Shown: one piece after another, positions 7,763 through 18,076 of the stretch | Layout: each line of letters begins with the position of its first letter | How positions within the stretch are numbered: the stretch's first letter is position 1 | Source: Clostridia bacterium | Lineage (GTDB): Bacteria; Bacillota; Clostridia; Oscillospirales; Acutalibacteraceae | DNA: 64,000 bases | Direction of reading: 5' to 3' | Assembly (NCBI GenBank): GCA_017442265.1 | Contig: JAFSAC010000048.1 | Span: forward strand, 1,191-65,190 | The notes under the pieces: generated by a model | What the model saw: only the letters and a program-made list of their open reading frames with translations | The model's database searches: none | What the model was told of the DNA's origin: nothing | Position numbers and translations under genes: made by a program

Positions 7763-8626
7763 TTACCGTTGAGAGGCCAGGAAGAACACGGCAATGGTAC
7801 CCGGGCCGCTATGCGCACCGATGACCGGGCCGATATCGCCGATCAGCACCTCTTTGACCCCGCAGTTTTCCTTCAGGATCGTCTCTAACTGGCGGGCCTC
7901 CTCTAAACAATCACCGTGGCTGATAAAGACGATCTCGTTATCCGGGAGTACCGTTTCGGAAAACTTATCCGCCAGCGCTTTGATCGCCGCCGAGCGGCCG
8001 CGCACCTTGCTCATACTGATGAGATGCCCTTCGTTGTCCACGTGCAGAACCGGCTTAATACCGAGCATGGTGCCGACCAGCGCCACCGCACCGCTGACAC
8101 GGCCGCCGCGCTTGAGGAAAAAGAGATCGTCCACGGTAAACCAGTGGGAGAGGGAGAGACGGTTGTCCAAAACGTACTGGTACACCTCTTCAATTGAAGC
8201 GCCCGCGTTTCTTTTCTGAGCGGCGAGGTATACGAGCAACCCCTGTCCCATAGAAGCCGCCAGGGTGTCCACCGTTAAAATCTTGCGATCGGGATATTCC
8301 TCTTTCAGCTCGCTTGCGGCGATCTCGCTGGACTGGTAGGTGGTGCTGAGTCCCGACGAAAAGGCGACGTACAGCACGTCACGACCGGCTTTCAGTTCCT
8401 TTTCAAATGCATCCCGGAAGGTAGCAATATTGATCGCGGAGGTACGCGCCATTTTGCCGTCCCGGAGTTTTTGATAAAAGGCGGTGAGATCCACCTCGTT
8501 ATTCTTCTGACTTTCCTCATCATCCACCAGCACGTCCAGCTGCAGCGCACGCACCTGCCACTCGGCAAGCAACGTATCCGAAATATCGCAGCAGGAATCG
8601 GTGAGAAGGGTGTATTCTGCCATCAT
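7763..8626 (-). CDS. DegV family fatty-acid-binding protein
   Basis: N-terminus YTLLTDSCCDIS plus overall DegV-like layout. RBS AAGGAGGA lies 5 nt upstream. Confidence 0.88.
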   Translation of the reverse strand: MMAEYTLLTDSCCDISDTLLAEWQVRALQLDVLVDDEESQKNNEVDLTAFYQKLRDGKMARTSAINIATFRDAFEKELKAGRDVLYVAFSSGLSTTYQSSEIAASELKEEYPDRKILTVDTLAASMGQGLLVYLAAQKRNAGASIEEVYQYVLDNRLSLSHWFTVDDLFFLKRGGRVSGAVALVGTMLGIKPVLHVDNEGHLISMSKVRGRSAAIKALADKFSETVLPDNEIVFISHGDCLEEARQLETILKENCGVKEVLIGDIGPVIGAHSGPGTIAVFFLASQR

Positions 8627-8834
8627 GATGATCCTCCTTGAAACACAAATAGACTCACCCCGTCTTTACGGGGCACATCAACTGCCTCTATCATACCGCA
8701 AAAAATCCGGGTTGTCACCCTTTTGAAGCCCCTTTTCCCTCCACACTTGCCGCCACCTTCTCGACCCGGTAAACCGGACCGGTAGAGTGGTAGAAAGCCC
8801 CTCTACCGGGGGTAGAGTTTTCATTTTTCACCCC

Positions 8835-8863
8835 TTGAAAACCAAAAAAAGATGTGGTATACT
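8835..8863 (+). promoter_or_regulatory. Predicted sigma-A promoter (extended -10) of the XRE-family gene
   Basis: TTGAAA (8835-8840), 17-nt spacer ending in TGG, TATACT (8858-8863). Confidence 0.5.
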
Positions 8864-8897
8864 ATGAATACATCTCAGATAAGGAGGATAGCCAGGA

Positions 8898-9542
8898 ATG
8901 GATGATTTAAAACAGATCGTTGCCAAAAATATTACCGAGCTTCGCAAAAAGCATGGCATTACCCAGGCGGAATTGGCGGAACGCTTAAATTATTCGGACA
9001 AGGCCGTCTCCAAATGGGAGCGTGGCGAGTCGATTCCCGACGTCGCGGTGCTGAAAATTATTGCTGAGATTTTTTCGGTGAAGATCGATTACCTGGTGAC
9101 CGAGGAACACGCGGACGATTCTCTTGAGATTCCGAAGATCAGCCGGCGGCGCGCCCGCAATCAAATGCTGATCACGGCGATGTCGCTGATGCTGGTATGG
9201 CTGATCGCCACCTTCATTTTTGTGAACATTGAGTTGATTGCCCCGCACCTCAAAAACCATTGGATGGTGTTTGTGTATGCAGTACCGGTGACCTGTATCG
9301 TGTGGCTGGTGCTGAACACCCTTTGGTTTAATCCTAAGCGGAACTTCCTGATTATTTCGTTGCTTCTTTGGTCGACGCTGGCGGTATTGTATCTTTCCTT
9401 TTTCTCTTTTTTACATACGAATGCCTGGCTGTTATTTTTGATCGGCATTCCGTCCCAGATCATCGTGCTGTTATGGTCCGGCATCCGCCCTTCTCACAAG
9501 CAGAAGCAAAAAACGAGCACCAAAAAACGCCGTTCGGTTTGA
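8898..9542 (+). CDS. XRE-family HTH protein with C-terminal multi-TM domain
   Basis: ITQAELAERLNYSDKAVSKWERGESIPD is a classic Cro/C1 HTH. It is followed by about four hydrophobic helices and a Lys-rich tail. Confidence 0.85.
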   Translation: MDDLKQIVAKNITELRKKHGITQAELAERLNYSDKAVSKWERGESIPDVAVLKIIAEIFSVKIDYLVTEEHADDSLEIPKISRRRARNQMLITAMSLMLVWLIATFIFVNIELIAPHLKNHWMVFVYAVPVTCIVWLVLNTLWFNPKRNFLIISLLLWSTLAVLYLSFFSFLHTNAWLLFLIGIPSQIIVLLWSGIRPSHKQKQKTSTKKRRSV

Positions 9543-9553
9543 ACGGCGTTTTT

Positions 9554-10066
9554 TCATTTTCGGAGCAAGGCGGCCCGTTCCCGGTAATCGGGGAGGATCG
9601 ATTCTATCAACCGATAGAAGTCGGCGCTGTGATTGTGATGCCGGATGTGGGCCAGTTCGTGCACTACCACGTAGTCGATCGCCGTCTCCGGGTAGTTCAT
9701 CAGCCGATAGGAGAAGCAGATCGAATTTTTCCCGCTGCAGCTTCCAAACCGGGTTTTCGCTCCGGTGATTTTAATACCGGTGGGGGTGACCCCCATTTTC
9801 TTTGCAAAAAAATTGACCCGTCCGGGGAGAATGGCGGCGGCTTTTTCTTTCAGAAGGATGATTTCCTCCGGGGTTGGCTCGGGATGGTTTTCCCGGTAGT
9901 TCCGTTGGGCGATAAGCCGTTTTTGAATCCAATCGGTGTGCCGTTCCACAAACCGCCGGATATCCTTGTCCGGCATAAAATACGGCGCCCGGACTTCGAT
10001 CTCGCCGTTTCGGGTCACCTTCAGCGAAACCGATTGGCGATGAGAGCGATACAGCCGGTATTCCAT
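9554..10066 (-). CDS. YgjP-like (DUF45/M48-type) zinc metallopeptidase
   Basis: HELAHIRHHNH (HExxH) motif. Start moved to the ATG at 10066, 6 nt after AGGAGG. The ATG at 10072 directly abuts the RBS. Confidence 0.78.
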   Translation of the reverse strand: MEYRLYRSHRQSVSLKVTRNGEIEVRAPYFMPDKDIRRFVERHTDWIQKRLIAQRNYRENHPEPTPEEIILLKEKAAAILPGRVNFFAKKMGVTPTGIKITGAKTRFGSCSGKNSICFSYRLMNYPETAIDYVVVHELAHIRHHNHSADFYRLIESILPDYRERAALLRK

Positions 10067-10128
10067 TCTCATCCTCCTTTTTAAGAAATAACCGCCCGTC
10101 CGAATGGACGGGCGGTGTTTTGTTTGAT

Positions 10129-11325
10129 TTAGCCCTGCTGACGTTTGGCAAGCAGCTGCTTGATCTTCTGGTGAGAGTCGATCAGGGTGCTGATCGACAC
10201 GTCGTGATGCAGCGCGGCGATGAAGTAGGCAATGTACTTCGAAACGTCCACCTCGTGGAACCAGTCACGGCTGAGCAGTTCCGGCGAACGGTAGGTGAGG
10301 TTGGTCCCCAGCACGCCGGTGACGATCCCCTCTTCTACCGCTTTATCGAAGCTTTCCAGCCCTGCGGTGAAGGTGGCATAGGTCGCATAGCAGAAGATGC
10401 GGCCGGCATTGCGTTTTTTCAGCTCATACGCGATATCCAGCATCGATTCGCCGGAAGCGATGATGTCGTCCGCAATAAACACGTCACGACCCTCGACCGA
10501 GTTGCCGAGGTATTCGTGCGCGACGATCGGGTTGCGCCCGTTCACTACGCGGGAGTAGTCACGGCGTTTGTAGAACATACCGAGGTCAACGCCGAGACAC
10601 GAGGAATAGTACATATTCCGGAACATAGCGCCTTCGTCCGGGCTGACGATCATCAGGTGGTCACGGTCGGCCTTGATGTCCGGAAAATCACGGAACAGGG
10701 TTTTGAGCACCTGATAGGAAGGCATCACGTTGTCAAAGCCGGTGAGCGGAATGGCGTTATGTACACGGGGGTCGTGCGCGTCAAAGGTGACGATGTTGGA
10801 CACGCCCATTTCCTTGAGTTCCTGCAATGCGACCGCGCAGTCCAGCGACTCACGGTAGCTGCGACGGTGCTGACGACCGCCGTACAGGATCGGCATAATG
10901 ACGTTGATGCGGTGCGCTTTACCGCTGGTGGCCTGGATAATACGCTTTAGATCCTGGAAATGATCGTCCGGGGACATCGCGTTTTCCTGACCGAACATTT
11001 TGTACCGGCAGCTATAGTTGCCCACGTCCACGATGATGAACAGGTCGTCGCCGCGGATACTGCTTTTAATGAGACCTTTACCGTCGCCGGAGGAGAAACG
11101 GGGACATTCCGCTTCCACTAAGAAGGTTTTGTCGTCCCGACCGCATTTCTGCGCCCACTGGGTCAGATGCGCGTCGATCTTTGCACCGAGCTCTTTCGCA
11201 CTTTGCAGCGCAATGATGTTTAACGGCGCAATGTTTTCCTCCCGATCAAAAATGGTTTCACTGGTGATGTCATGATGTGCCAATACTACCGACCCCTTTT
11301 TCACTTCTTGGGTACATTGTATCAT
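10129..11325 (-). CDS. prs: Ribose-phosphate pyrophosphokinase family protein (long form)
   Basis: VIMPILYGGRQHRR, DAHDPRV and the PRPP-binding loop VFIADDIIASGESM. No clear RBS precedes the ATG at 11325, so the start is uncertain. A TTG about 42 nt downstream follows AAAAAGGGG. Confidence 0.8.
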   Translation of the reverse strand: MIQCTQEVKKGSVVLAHHDITSETIFDREENIAPLNIIALQSAKELGAKIDAHLTQWAQKCGRDDKTFLVEAECPRFSSGDGKGLIKSSIRGDDLFIIVDVGNYSCRYKMFGQENAMSPDDHFQDLKRIIQATSGKAHRINVIMPILYGGRQHRRSYRESLDCAVALQELKEMGVSNIVTFDAHDPRVHNAIPLTGFDNVMPSYQVLKTLFRDFPDIKADRDHLMIVSPDEGAMFRNMYYSSCLGVDLGMFYKRRDYSRVVNGRNPIVAHEYLGNSVEGRDVFIADDIIASGESMLDIAYELKKRNAGRIFCYATYATFTAGLESFDKAVEEGIVTGVLGTNLTYRSPELLSRDWFHEVDVSKYIAYFIAALHHDVSISTLIDSHQKIKQLLAKRQQG

Positions 11326-11402
11326 TTTTAAAACCGGATGACAAGAGACATTCTGTCTTTTCCCGACATTTTTTTCGAATTCTCCCTTTTGCCTGAAATC
11401 GA

Positions 11403-11431
11403 TTGAGTTTTTTTAGCGGCTGTGGTATACT
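11403..11431 (+). promoter_or_regulatory. Predicted sigma-A promoter of hflX
   Basis: TTGAGT (11403-11408), 17-nt spacer ending in TGG, TATACT (11426-11431). Confidence 0.5.
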
Positions 11432-11460
11432 AATACCATTCTGAGAAAGGGGGGAGCCGC

Positions 11461-12732
11461 ATGGAAAAACCGATTGATATCCTGAAAGAGGATGAAATGG
11501 TAGAACGCTGTTTTCTGGTCGGGATCGATACCGGGGAATATGATGCAGAGCTTTCCCTTTCAGAATTGGCCGAACTGGCGCAGACCGCTGGGGCCGAGGT
11601 GTGCGGCAATATGTTGCAACGGCGGGAATCCCCCGACAAAGCCACCTGTATCGGAAGCGGTCGGTTGGAGGAATTATCCGCCCTTTGCCGTCAGGATGAG
11701 ATTGATCTGGTGATTTTTGATCGGGAATTATCCGCCACCCAGCACCGCAATTTGGAAGAGGCGCTCCCTTGCCGGGTGATCGACCGGACTATGCTTATTT
11801 TGGATATTTTCGCCGGTCGCGCGCGGTCGGCGGAGGGGCGGCTGCAGGTGGAACTCGCCCAGCTGCAATATATGCTTCCGCGGCTTATGGGACAGGGGCT
11901 CTCGCTGTCACGGCTCGGTGGTGGCATTGGCACCCGCGGTCCGGGTGAATCCAAACTTGAAAGCGACCGCCGGCATATCCGCCGGCGGATTGACAGCTTG
12001 CGGGCTCAATTGAAAGAGGTAGAAAAGCGCCGGCGGGCGCACCGGGAACGGCGGCAGAAGGACGGGCTTGCTACCGTCGCGATCGTTGGATATACCAACG
12101 CCGGCAAATCCACCCTCTTAAACCGGCTGACCGATGCCGGGGTACTGGCACAGGATATGCTGTTTGCCACCCTGGATACCACCACCCGGGCGCTTCGGCT
12201 CCCGGATGGGCGCACGGTGTTGCTGATCGATACGGTCGGTCTTATTCGCCGTCTGCCGCACCATTTGGTGGAAGCGTTTCACGCCACCTTGGAGGAGGCG
12301 GGGGATGCGGACCTGGTGCTGAATCTTTGTGATGCCGCCAGCCCTGAGGCGACCGAGCATTTGTCCATTGCGGAACAATTGATGCAGTCGCTCGGTCGGG
12401 GTGACCGCCCGGTTTTGCAGGTGTTTAATAAATGTGATCGGGTGTCCCCCGATTCGATCCCGCTCGGGAAAAACCGGGTGGCGATCAGTGCGATCACCGG
12501 GGAGGGTATCCCGGAACTGCTCGCGGCGATTGCCGACGCACTGCCGCCCGATCGGCGGCGGGTGACCCTCTTGTTTCCGTTTTCACTCGGAGCGCTGGCG
12601 GAGGAGTGCCGCCGGGAAGGAGCGGTGGAATCGGAGGAGTACGTCCCGGAAGGGTTGCAAATGACCGTGATCCTGGGTTCCCGGATGCTCAAAAAGGTGG
12701 CGGATGCCGGGGTTCAGGAAATGGGCGAATAA
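11461..12732 (+). CDS. hflX: GTPase HflX
   Basis: HflX N-domain followed by G-domain motifs GYTNAGKSTLLN, DTVG and NKCD. Confidence 0.9.
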   Translation: MEKPIDILKEDEMVERCFLVGIDTGEYDAELSLSELAELAQTAGAEVCGNMLQRRESPDKATCIGSGRLEELSALCRQDEIDLVIFDRELSATQHRNLEEALPCRVIDRTMLILDIFAGRARSAEGRLQVELAQLQYMLPRLMGQGLSLSRLGGGIGTRGPGESKLESDRRHIRRRIDSLRAQLKEVEKRRRAHRERRQKDGLATVAIVGYTNAGKSTLLNRLTDAGVLAQDMLFATLDTTTRALRLPDGRTVLLIDTVGLIRRLPHHLVEAFHATLEEAGDADLVLNLCDAASPEATEHLSIAEQLMQSLGRGDRPVLQVFNKCDRVSPDSIPLGKNRVAISAITGEGIPELLAAIADALPPDRRRVTLLFPFSLGALAEECRREGAVESEEYVPEGLQMTVILGSRMLKKVADAGVQEMGE

Positions 12733-12772
12733 AAAAACACCGAAGAGAAAATTCTCTTCGGTGTTTTATTTA
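12731..12772. terminator. Bidirectional terminator between hflX and glnN
   Basis: acaccgaagaga-aaat-tctcttcggtgt, flanked by an A-run and a T-run. Confidence 0.85.
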
Positions 12773-14863
12773 TTTTACGCCAAACAACAGGTCGCTGTAG
12801 GTCGGATACGGCCAGTGGGAGCGGGCGGTATTCGCCTCCAGAATATCCGCATCGGCACGCATATCCTCCATAGCGGCAAACACCGCATCGTGGTAGAAGT
12901 TCGCCCGGGCCTGCACCCCTTCAATCTTTTTGGCATCCGCCACGGCAGACCGCAAAGTCGCCATTTTCTGATAGAAGTTTGCGGTCGTGTCAGACAGCTT
13001 TTCAGCCAGCGCCTCTTCCACCTGACAGTTCAGTTTTTTCAAAAGCTGTTTTTTCGCCAGCGCGGTGCGGCACAGCTCGCCGGTATAGCTTTCCACCGCC
13101 GGGAGAATTTCCTTGCTCGCCATATCCAGCATAGTCTCTGCTTCAATGTTGAGCACCTTGCAGTAGTTCTCCAACAGGATCTCGTACCGGGAATTCAACT
13201 CCTTGCGGGTGTAAATGCGATACTTTTCAAACAGCGCAATATTTTCCTCACGGATGAGATACGGCAGACAATCGGGGGTGGAGGGGAGGTTGAGCAATCC
13301 GCGGCGAGCCGCTTCCTTTTGCCACGCCTCATCGTAGCCGTTGCCGTTAAAGATGATGCGCTTGTGCTCTTTAATGGTACGCACAATAAGATTGTGCACC
13401 GCTTCGTTGAAGTTTTCCGCTCCCTCCAGTTCGGTGGCAAACTCGTCGATCGCTTCAGCGACGGCGGTGTTGAGCACCGTGTTGGATTCGGCGATGGAGA
13501 GGGCCGATCCCAGCATCCGGAACTCAAACTTGTTGCCGGTAAAGGCGAACGGAGAGGTGCGGTTGCGGTCGGTATTGTCTTTCGGGAAGCGGGGCAGGAT
13601 ATGCACCCCGACCTTCATCAAGGTTTGTTCCTTCACATCGTACGCTTCGCCCTTTTCGATCGCATCCAGAATCTCGGTAAGCTCGTCCCCGAGGAAAATG
13701 GAGATGACCGCCGGCGGCGCTTCGTTCCCACCCAAACGGTGATCGTTGCCGGGGCTGGCTACCGCAATGCGAAGCAGGTCCTGATGCTTGTCCACCGCCT
13801 TCATCACCGCACACAGAAATACCAGGAACTGTGCGTTTTTGTGCGGAGTCTCGCCCGGCTCTAACAGGTTGATGCCGGTGTCGGTGGAAATGGACCAGTT
13901 GTTATGCTTGCCGCTGCCGTTTACCCCGGCAAACGGTTTTTCGTGCAACAGACACACCAGCCCGTGTTTCTGCGCCACCCGCTTCATCACTTCCATAGTG
14001 ATCTGGTTGTGATCGGTGGCGATGTTGACCGAGGTGAAGATCGGCGCTAATTCGTGCTGAGCGGGAGCGGCTTCGTTGTGCTTGGTTTTCGCCAGCACGC
14101 CGAGTTTCCATAACTCCTCGTCCAACTCCTGCATATACGCGGCGATACGCGGCTTGATTGCCCCGAAATAATGATCCTCCAGTTCCTGTCCCTTCGGGGG
14201 CTTGGCGCCGTACAGGGTACGGCCGGTGAAGATGAGGTCCTGGCGCCGATTAAACATTTCCTCCGGGATGAGGAAGTATTCCTGCTCGGCACCCACCGTG
14301 ACCCGCACCATATGAACGTCGTCGTGCCCGAATGCCAACAACAGGCGTTTGGCTTGCTTATTCAGCGCTTCCATAGAACGGAGAAGCGGAGTTTTTTCGT
14401 CTAATGCTTCACCGCCGTACGAACAGAAAGCGGTGGGGATGCACAGGGTGCCCCCCTTGATAAAAGCGTAGGAGGTCGGGTCCCATGCGGTATAGCCGCG
14501 CGCTTCAAAGGTGGCGCGCAGACCGCCGGAGGGGAAGCTGGACGCATCCGGTTCGCCCCGGACCAGTTCCTTGCCGGAGAAATCCATGATCACCCCGCCG
14601 TCGGCGGTGGGGGAGATAAAACTATCGTGCTTTTCGGCGGTTACCCCGGTGAGCGGCTGGAACCAATGGGTGTAGTGGGTGGCTCCCTTTTCCAGTGCCC
14701 ATTCCTTCATCGCTCTTGCCACTACGTTGGCAATGTCCGGATCCAAATGCTTGCCAAGCTCGGTGGTGCGTTTGAGCGCTTCATAGGTTTCTTTGGGTAG
14801 GCGCTCCTGCATCACCGCATCGCTGAATACCATGGAGCCAAACATTTCCGGCACGTTACACAT
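12770..14863 (-). CDS. glnN: Glutamine synthetase, type III
   Basis: 697 aa. The N-terminus [20 protein letters not shown]...[11 protein letters not shown] and the length are characteristic of GSIII. Confidence 0.9.
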   Translation of the reverse strand: MCNVPEMFGSMVFSDAVMQERLPKETYEALKRTTELGKHLDPDIANVVARAMKEWALEKGATHYTHWFQPLTGVTAEKHDSFISPTADGGVIMDFSGKELVRGEPDASSFPSGGLRATFEARGYTAWDPTSYAFIKGGTLCIPTAFCSYGGEALDEKTPLLRSMEALNKQAKRLLLAFGHDDVHMVRVTVGAEQEYFLIPEEMFNRRQDLIFTGRTLYGAKPPKGQELEDHYFGAIKPRIAAYMQELDEELWKLGVLAKTKHNEAAPAQHELAPIFTSVNIATDHNQITMEVMKRVAQKHGLVCLLHEKPFAGVNGSGKHNNWSISTDTGINLLEPGETPHKNAQFLVFLCAVMKAVDKHQDLLRIAVASPGNDHRLGGNEAPPAVISIFLGDELTEILDAIEKGEAYDVKEQTLMKVGVHILPRFPKDNTDRNRTSPFAFTGNKFEFRMLGSALSIAESNTVLNTAVAEAIDEFATELEGAENFNEAVHNLIVRTIKEHKRIIFNGNGYDEAWQKEAARRGLLNLPSTPDCLPYLIREENIALFEKYRIYTRKELNSRYEILLENYCKVLNIEAETMLDMASKEILPAVESYTGELCRTALAKKQLLKKLNCQVEEALAEKLSDTTANFYQKMATLRSAVADAKKIEGVQARANFYHDAVFAAMEDMRADADILEANTARSHWPYPTYSDLLFGVK

Positions 14864-14883
14864 ATCGCGTTACCCCCTGATAC

Positions 14884-14915
14884 AAAAAACGCTGTGAAGC
14901 AATCGCTTCACAGCG
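14884..14915 (-). promoter_or_regulatory. Intrinsic-terminator-like hairpin inside the glnN 5' leader (candidate attenuator)
   Basis: On the minus strand: cgctgtgaagc-gatt-gcttcacagcg followed by tttttt. It ends about 20 nt before the glnN ATG and lies downstream of the predicted promoter. Confidence 0.55.
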
Positions 14916-14937
14916 TCGTTGCTGCAAGATGTTATTA

Positions 14938-14966
14938 ATTTTAATACTTTTTATGACTTTTGTCAA
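14938..14966 (-). promoter_or_regulatory. Predicted sigma-A promoter of glnN
   Basis: On the minus strand: TTGACA (rc of 14961-14966), 17-nt spacer, TAAAAT (rc of 14938-14943). Confidence 0.5.
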
Positions 14967-15065
14967 GTTTTTTCCGCATTTTAATAAAGGTAAAGAGTGT
15001 TATTGACTTTCTTTTACCGAAAAGCGTATAATGAAGGTAACACTTCACTGAAAAGGAGGGGCGGT

Positions 15066-15617
15066 ATGGCGCATCCTTTTGCTCATTTTCGCACCATTAC
15101 AGCGCACCGGCATTTGGTGATGCGGCATTGCCGCCGTGCCGGTATTTTTTGGCAGGGACTGTGTCACGACCTGTCCAAATATTTGCCGGCGGAATTTTTG
15201 GTCGGCGCCCGGTTTTATACCGACGGAAGCCGCAGTCCGAACGAAAACGAACGGCAGAAAAACGGGTATTCGAAAGCGTGGTTGCACCACAAAGGGCGTA
15301 ACCGCCACCATTTTGAATACTGGACCGATTACAGTCCCAAAACCCGCCGGGTGGAGCCGTTGCCGATGCCGGACCGGTATATTGTGGAAATGGCGTGTGA
15401 CCGCATCGCTGCCAGCAAAATTTATATGAAGGATCAGTATGATGATTCGGCGCCGCTCAACTATTTTTTGCGTGGAAAAGCCACCCGCGTCATTCACCCT
15501 GAAACCTCCGACAAGCTGGAGACCATTCTTCGTCTGCTTGCCGAGGAGGGGGAGGAGGTCACCTTCGCGTATCTCCGTACCATGATCGCCCGCTCCCGCC
15601 GAAAGTCGAGAAAGTGA
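15066..15617 (+). CDS. DUF5662-like protein (HD-like HDLSK motif), function unknown
   Basis: Start set at the ATG at 15066, after AAAGGAGGGG. HFRTITAHRHLVMRHC...GLCHDLSKY...WLHHKGRNRHHFEYW resembles the DUF5662 family as I recall it. A TTGACT-18-TATAAT promoter lies at 15003-15032. Confidence 0.6.
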   Translation: MAHPFAHFRTITAHRHLVMRHCRRAGIFWQGLCHDLSKYLPAEFLVGARFYTDGSRSPNENERQKNGYSKAWLHHKGRNRHHFEYWTDYSPKTRRVEPLPMPDRYIVEMACDRIAASKIYMKDQYDDSAPLNYFLRGKATRVIHPETSDKLETILRLLAEEGEEVTFAYLRTMIARSRRKSRK

Positions 15618-15652
15618 AAAATCCCCTGTCCGACCGGACAGGGGATTTTTTT
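15617..15652. terminator. Bidirectional terminator
   Basis: aaaaatcccctgtccg-accg-gacaggggattttt. Confidence 0.85.
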
Positions 15653-15659
15653 ATGCTTT

Positions 15660-17087
15660 TTAGAACGCAAGCTTTTCACGCAGGTACTCTTTGAGGTTTT
15701 CGATCGGAATACGAACCTGTTCCATGGTATCGCGGTCGCGCACGGTAACGCTGTTGTCCGCTTCGATACCCTTTTCCGGATCGCCCACCGTGTCGAAGTC
15801 CACCGTGATGCAGAACGGGGTACCGATCTCGTCCTCGCGGCGGTACCGCTTGCCGATCGAACCGGCTTCGTCGAAGTCTACCATAAACTCGCCGGAAAGC
15901 AGGTTGTAAACCTCCTGCGCTTTCGGGGAGAGCTTTTTGGACAGCGGGAGAACCGCCGCCTTGAACGGTGCCAGCGCCGGATGCAGGTGCAGGACGGTAC
16001 GCACGTCGTTTTTCTCGGCGTCCACCACCTCTTCGTCGTACGCATCGCACAGCATTGCCAGTACACAGCGTTCCACACCCAGACTCGGCTCAATGACGTA
16101 GGGGATGTAATGCTCACCCGTCTCCTGATCGAAGTAGGTCATATCCTTGCCGGAGGTGTTCTGATGCTGGGTCAGATCATAATCGGTACGGTCGGCAACC
16201 CCCCACAGCTCGCCCCAGCCGAACGGGAACAGGAACTCGAAGTCGGTGGTCGCTTTGGAGTAGAAGCACAGCTCCTCCGGATCGTGATCGCGCAGTCGCA
16301 GGTTTTCCTCCCGCATACCGAGGGAAAGAAGCCAGTCACGGCAGAATCCACGCCAGTATTCGAACCATTCAAGGTCGGTACCCGGCTTGCAGAAGAATTC
16401 CAGCTCCATTTGCTCAAATTCGCGCACCCGGAAGATAAAGTTGCCGGGGGTGATCTCGTTACGGAAGCTCTTGCCGATCTGCGCAATACCAAACGGCAGC
16501 TTGCGGCGGCTGGAGCGCTGAACGTTATTGAAGTTCACGAAGATACCCTGCGCGGTTTCGGGGCGCAGATACACGGTGTTCTTCGCATCCTCGGTAACCC
16601 CCTGGAAGGTCTTGAACATCAGGTTGAACTGCCGGATGTCGGTAAAGTCGTGCTTGCCGCAGGTGGGGCAGGGGATCGCGTGCTCCTCCACAAACGCTTT
16701 CATCTCCTGCTGGGAGAAAGCATCGATCGGCTTTTCGAGGGTGTAGTCGTTTTCCGCACACCAATCCTCGATCAGCTTATCCGCACGGAACCGCTCGTGA
16801 CAGGAACGGCAGTCCATCAGCGGGTCGGAGAAGCCAGCGAGATGACCGCTCGCCACCCAGGTCTGCGGGTTCATCAGAATAGCGGCGTCCAGTCCCACGT
16901 TGTACGGGTTTTCCTGTACAAACTTTTTCCACCAGGCACGCTTGACGTTGTTTTTGAGTTCCGCACCGAGCGGGCCGTAGTCCCAGGTGTTCGCGAGCCC
17001 GCCGTAAATTTCCGAGCCGGCGAAGATAAAGCCGCGGTTTTTACACAGCGCGACGATTTTTTCCATAGTTTTCTGCGTGTTATCCAT
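15660..17087 (-). CDS. glyQS: Glycine--tRNA ligase (homodimeric type)
   Basis: [24 protein letters not shown] and class II synthetase motifs. Start placed at the ATG at 17087 (MDNTQK), downstream of AAGGACGG. Confidence 0.95.
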   Translation of the reverse strand: MDNTQKTMEKIVALCKNRGFIFAGSEIYGGLANTWDYGPLGAELKNNVKRAWWKKFVQENPYNVGLDAAILMNPQTWVASGHLAGFSDPLMDCRSCHERFRADKLIEDWCAENDYTLEKPIDAFSQQEMKAFVEEHAIPCPTCGKHDFTDIRQFNLMFKTFQGVTEDAKNTVYLRPETAQGIFVNFNNVQRSSRRKLPFGIAQIGKSFRNEITPGNFIFRVREFEQMELEFFCKPGTDLEWFEYWRGFCRDWLLSLGMREENLRLRDHDPEELCFYSKATTDFEFLFPFGWGELWGVADRTDYDLTQHQNTSGKDMTYFDQETGEHYIPYVIEPSLGVERCVLAMLCDAYDEEVVDAEKNDVRTVLHLHPALAPFKAAVLPLSKKLSPKAQEVYNLLSGEFMVDFDEAGSIGKRYRREDEIGTPFCITVDFDTVGDPEKGIEADNSVTVRDRDTMEQVRIPIENLKEYLREKLAF

Positions 17088-17309
17088 TTTTGTCCGTCCT
17101 TTTCTCACGTTAAACTTTGAACACCTCTATACTTTAATATAAAAATCCACTAATGTCAACCGCTTGCGGGATTTTTTTACCGCCGGGAAGCCGTCCTGTT
17201 TTTATGCAAAATTCATCGAAAAATGTATAATTTTGGGTAATCTACCAAAAAATATGAACAATTTTGAGTATTTTATAAAATAATTGAACAATTTATTTTC
17301 AAAAAACAG

Positions 17310-17338
17310 TTGACATTCCGGAAAAGGGGGTGTATAGT
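17310..17338 (+). promoter_or_regulatory. Predicted sigma-A promoter of the sigma-factor gene
   Basis: TTGACA (17310-17315), 17-nt spacer, TATAGT (17333-17338). Confidence 0.55.
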
Positions 17339-17370
17339 ATATTGGTACGATAGTCCGTTGAGGTGGTTAA

Positions 17371-17964
17371 GTGCGTAAAGATTCCGGCGCTGCCCTCGCC
17401 GTGACCGATGAAGAGCTGGTCTTTCTGGCGGCTCAGGGAAGCGGGGAGGCATTCACGCAGCTGATCAATCGGTTTATGCCGAAGATGAAACGGCTTGCCG
17501 CGCGGTATCAGAATCTGCCCGGATTGGGACCGGACGATCTGACCCAGGAAGGGTTGATCGGTCTTTTGTCCGCAGTGCGCGCCTACCGTGAGGAACACGG
17601 TGGATTTGCCGCCTTTGCCACCACCTGTATCCGAAACCGGATGCTTTCTGCGGTGCGGCGTTCTCTCCCCGCCGGGGAATTTGAGCTGACCGATGCCAAG
17701 GAAACGTTATCCGACCTGCCGGCGGGACAAGCCGATCCGGCGGAACTGCTGGTGGAACGGGAAGAAGCGGCCCGGCTGTATGAACGGCTGGAGAAACGGC
17801 TGACCCCTCTCGAATATCGTGTGCTCACCGCCTATCTCAGCGGACAGAGCTATAAGGAAATGGCCGCCTTGTTGACCGTATCGGTCAAAGCGGTGGACAA
17901 CGCGCTCGGTCGGGTGCGACAAAAGCTGTCCGGCGATTTCCGAAAATCTTATTTTCAGCAATGA
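17371..17964 (+). CDS. Sigma-70 family RNA polymerase sigma factor (regions 2 and 4)
   Basis: GTG start after GAGGTGG. DDLTQEGLIGLLSAVRAY is region 2. SYKEMAALLTVSVKAVDNALGRVRQKL is the region 4 HTH. Confidence 0.85.
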   Translation: MRKDSGAALAVTDEELVFLAAQGSGEAFTQLINRFMPKMKRLAARYQNLPGLGPDDLTQEGLIGLLSAVRAYREEHGGFAAFATTCIRNRMLSAVRRSLPAGEFELTDAKETLSDLPAGQADPAELLVEREEAARLYERLEKRLTPLEYRVLTAYLSGQSYKEMAALLTVSVKAVDNALGRVRQKLSGDFRKSYFQQ

Positions 17965-18076
17965 CGGCATATGGCCGATTGCAGATATGCCCGGGTGTCT
18001 TAATCAGATCCTTTTCACAAAATGTATCGGTTCATTCGTCCGCAGGGCAAATATTATTTCAAGCGAGGGAAAACCA

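Noticed and set aside
17088-17309. An expected T-box riboswitch upstream of glyQS.
   Set aside because: The upstream region is AT-rich promoter DNA. I found no T-box sequence (AANNNGGGTGGTACCGCG-like), no specifier-loop architecture and no terminator/antiterminator pair.
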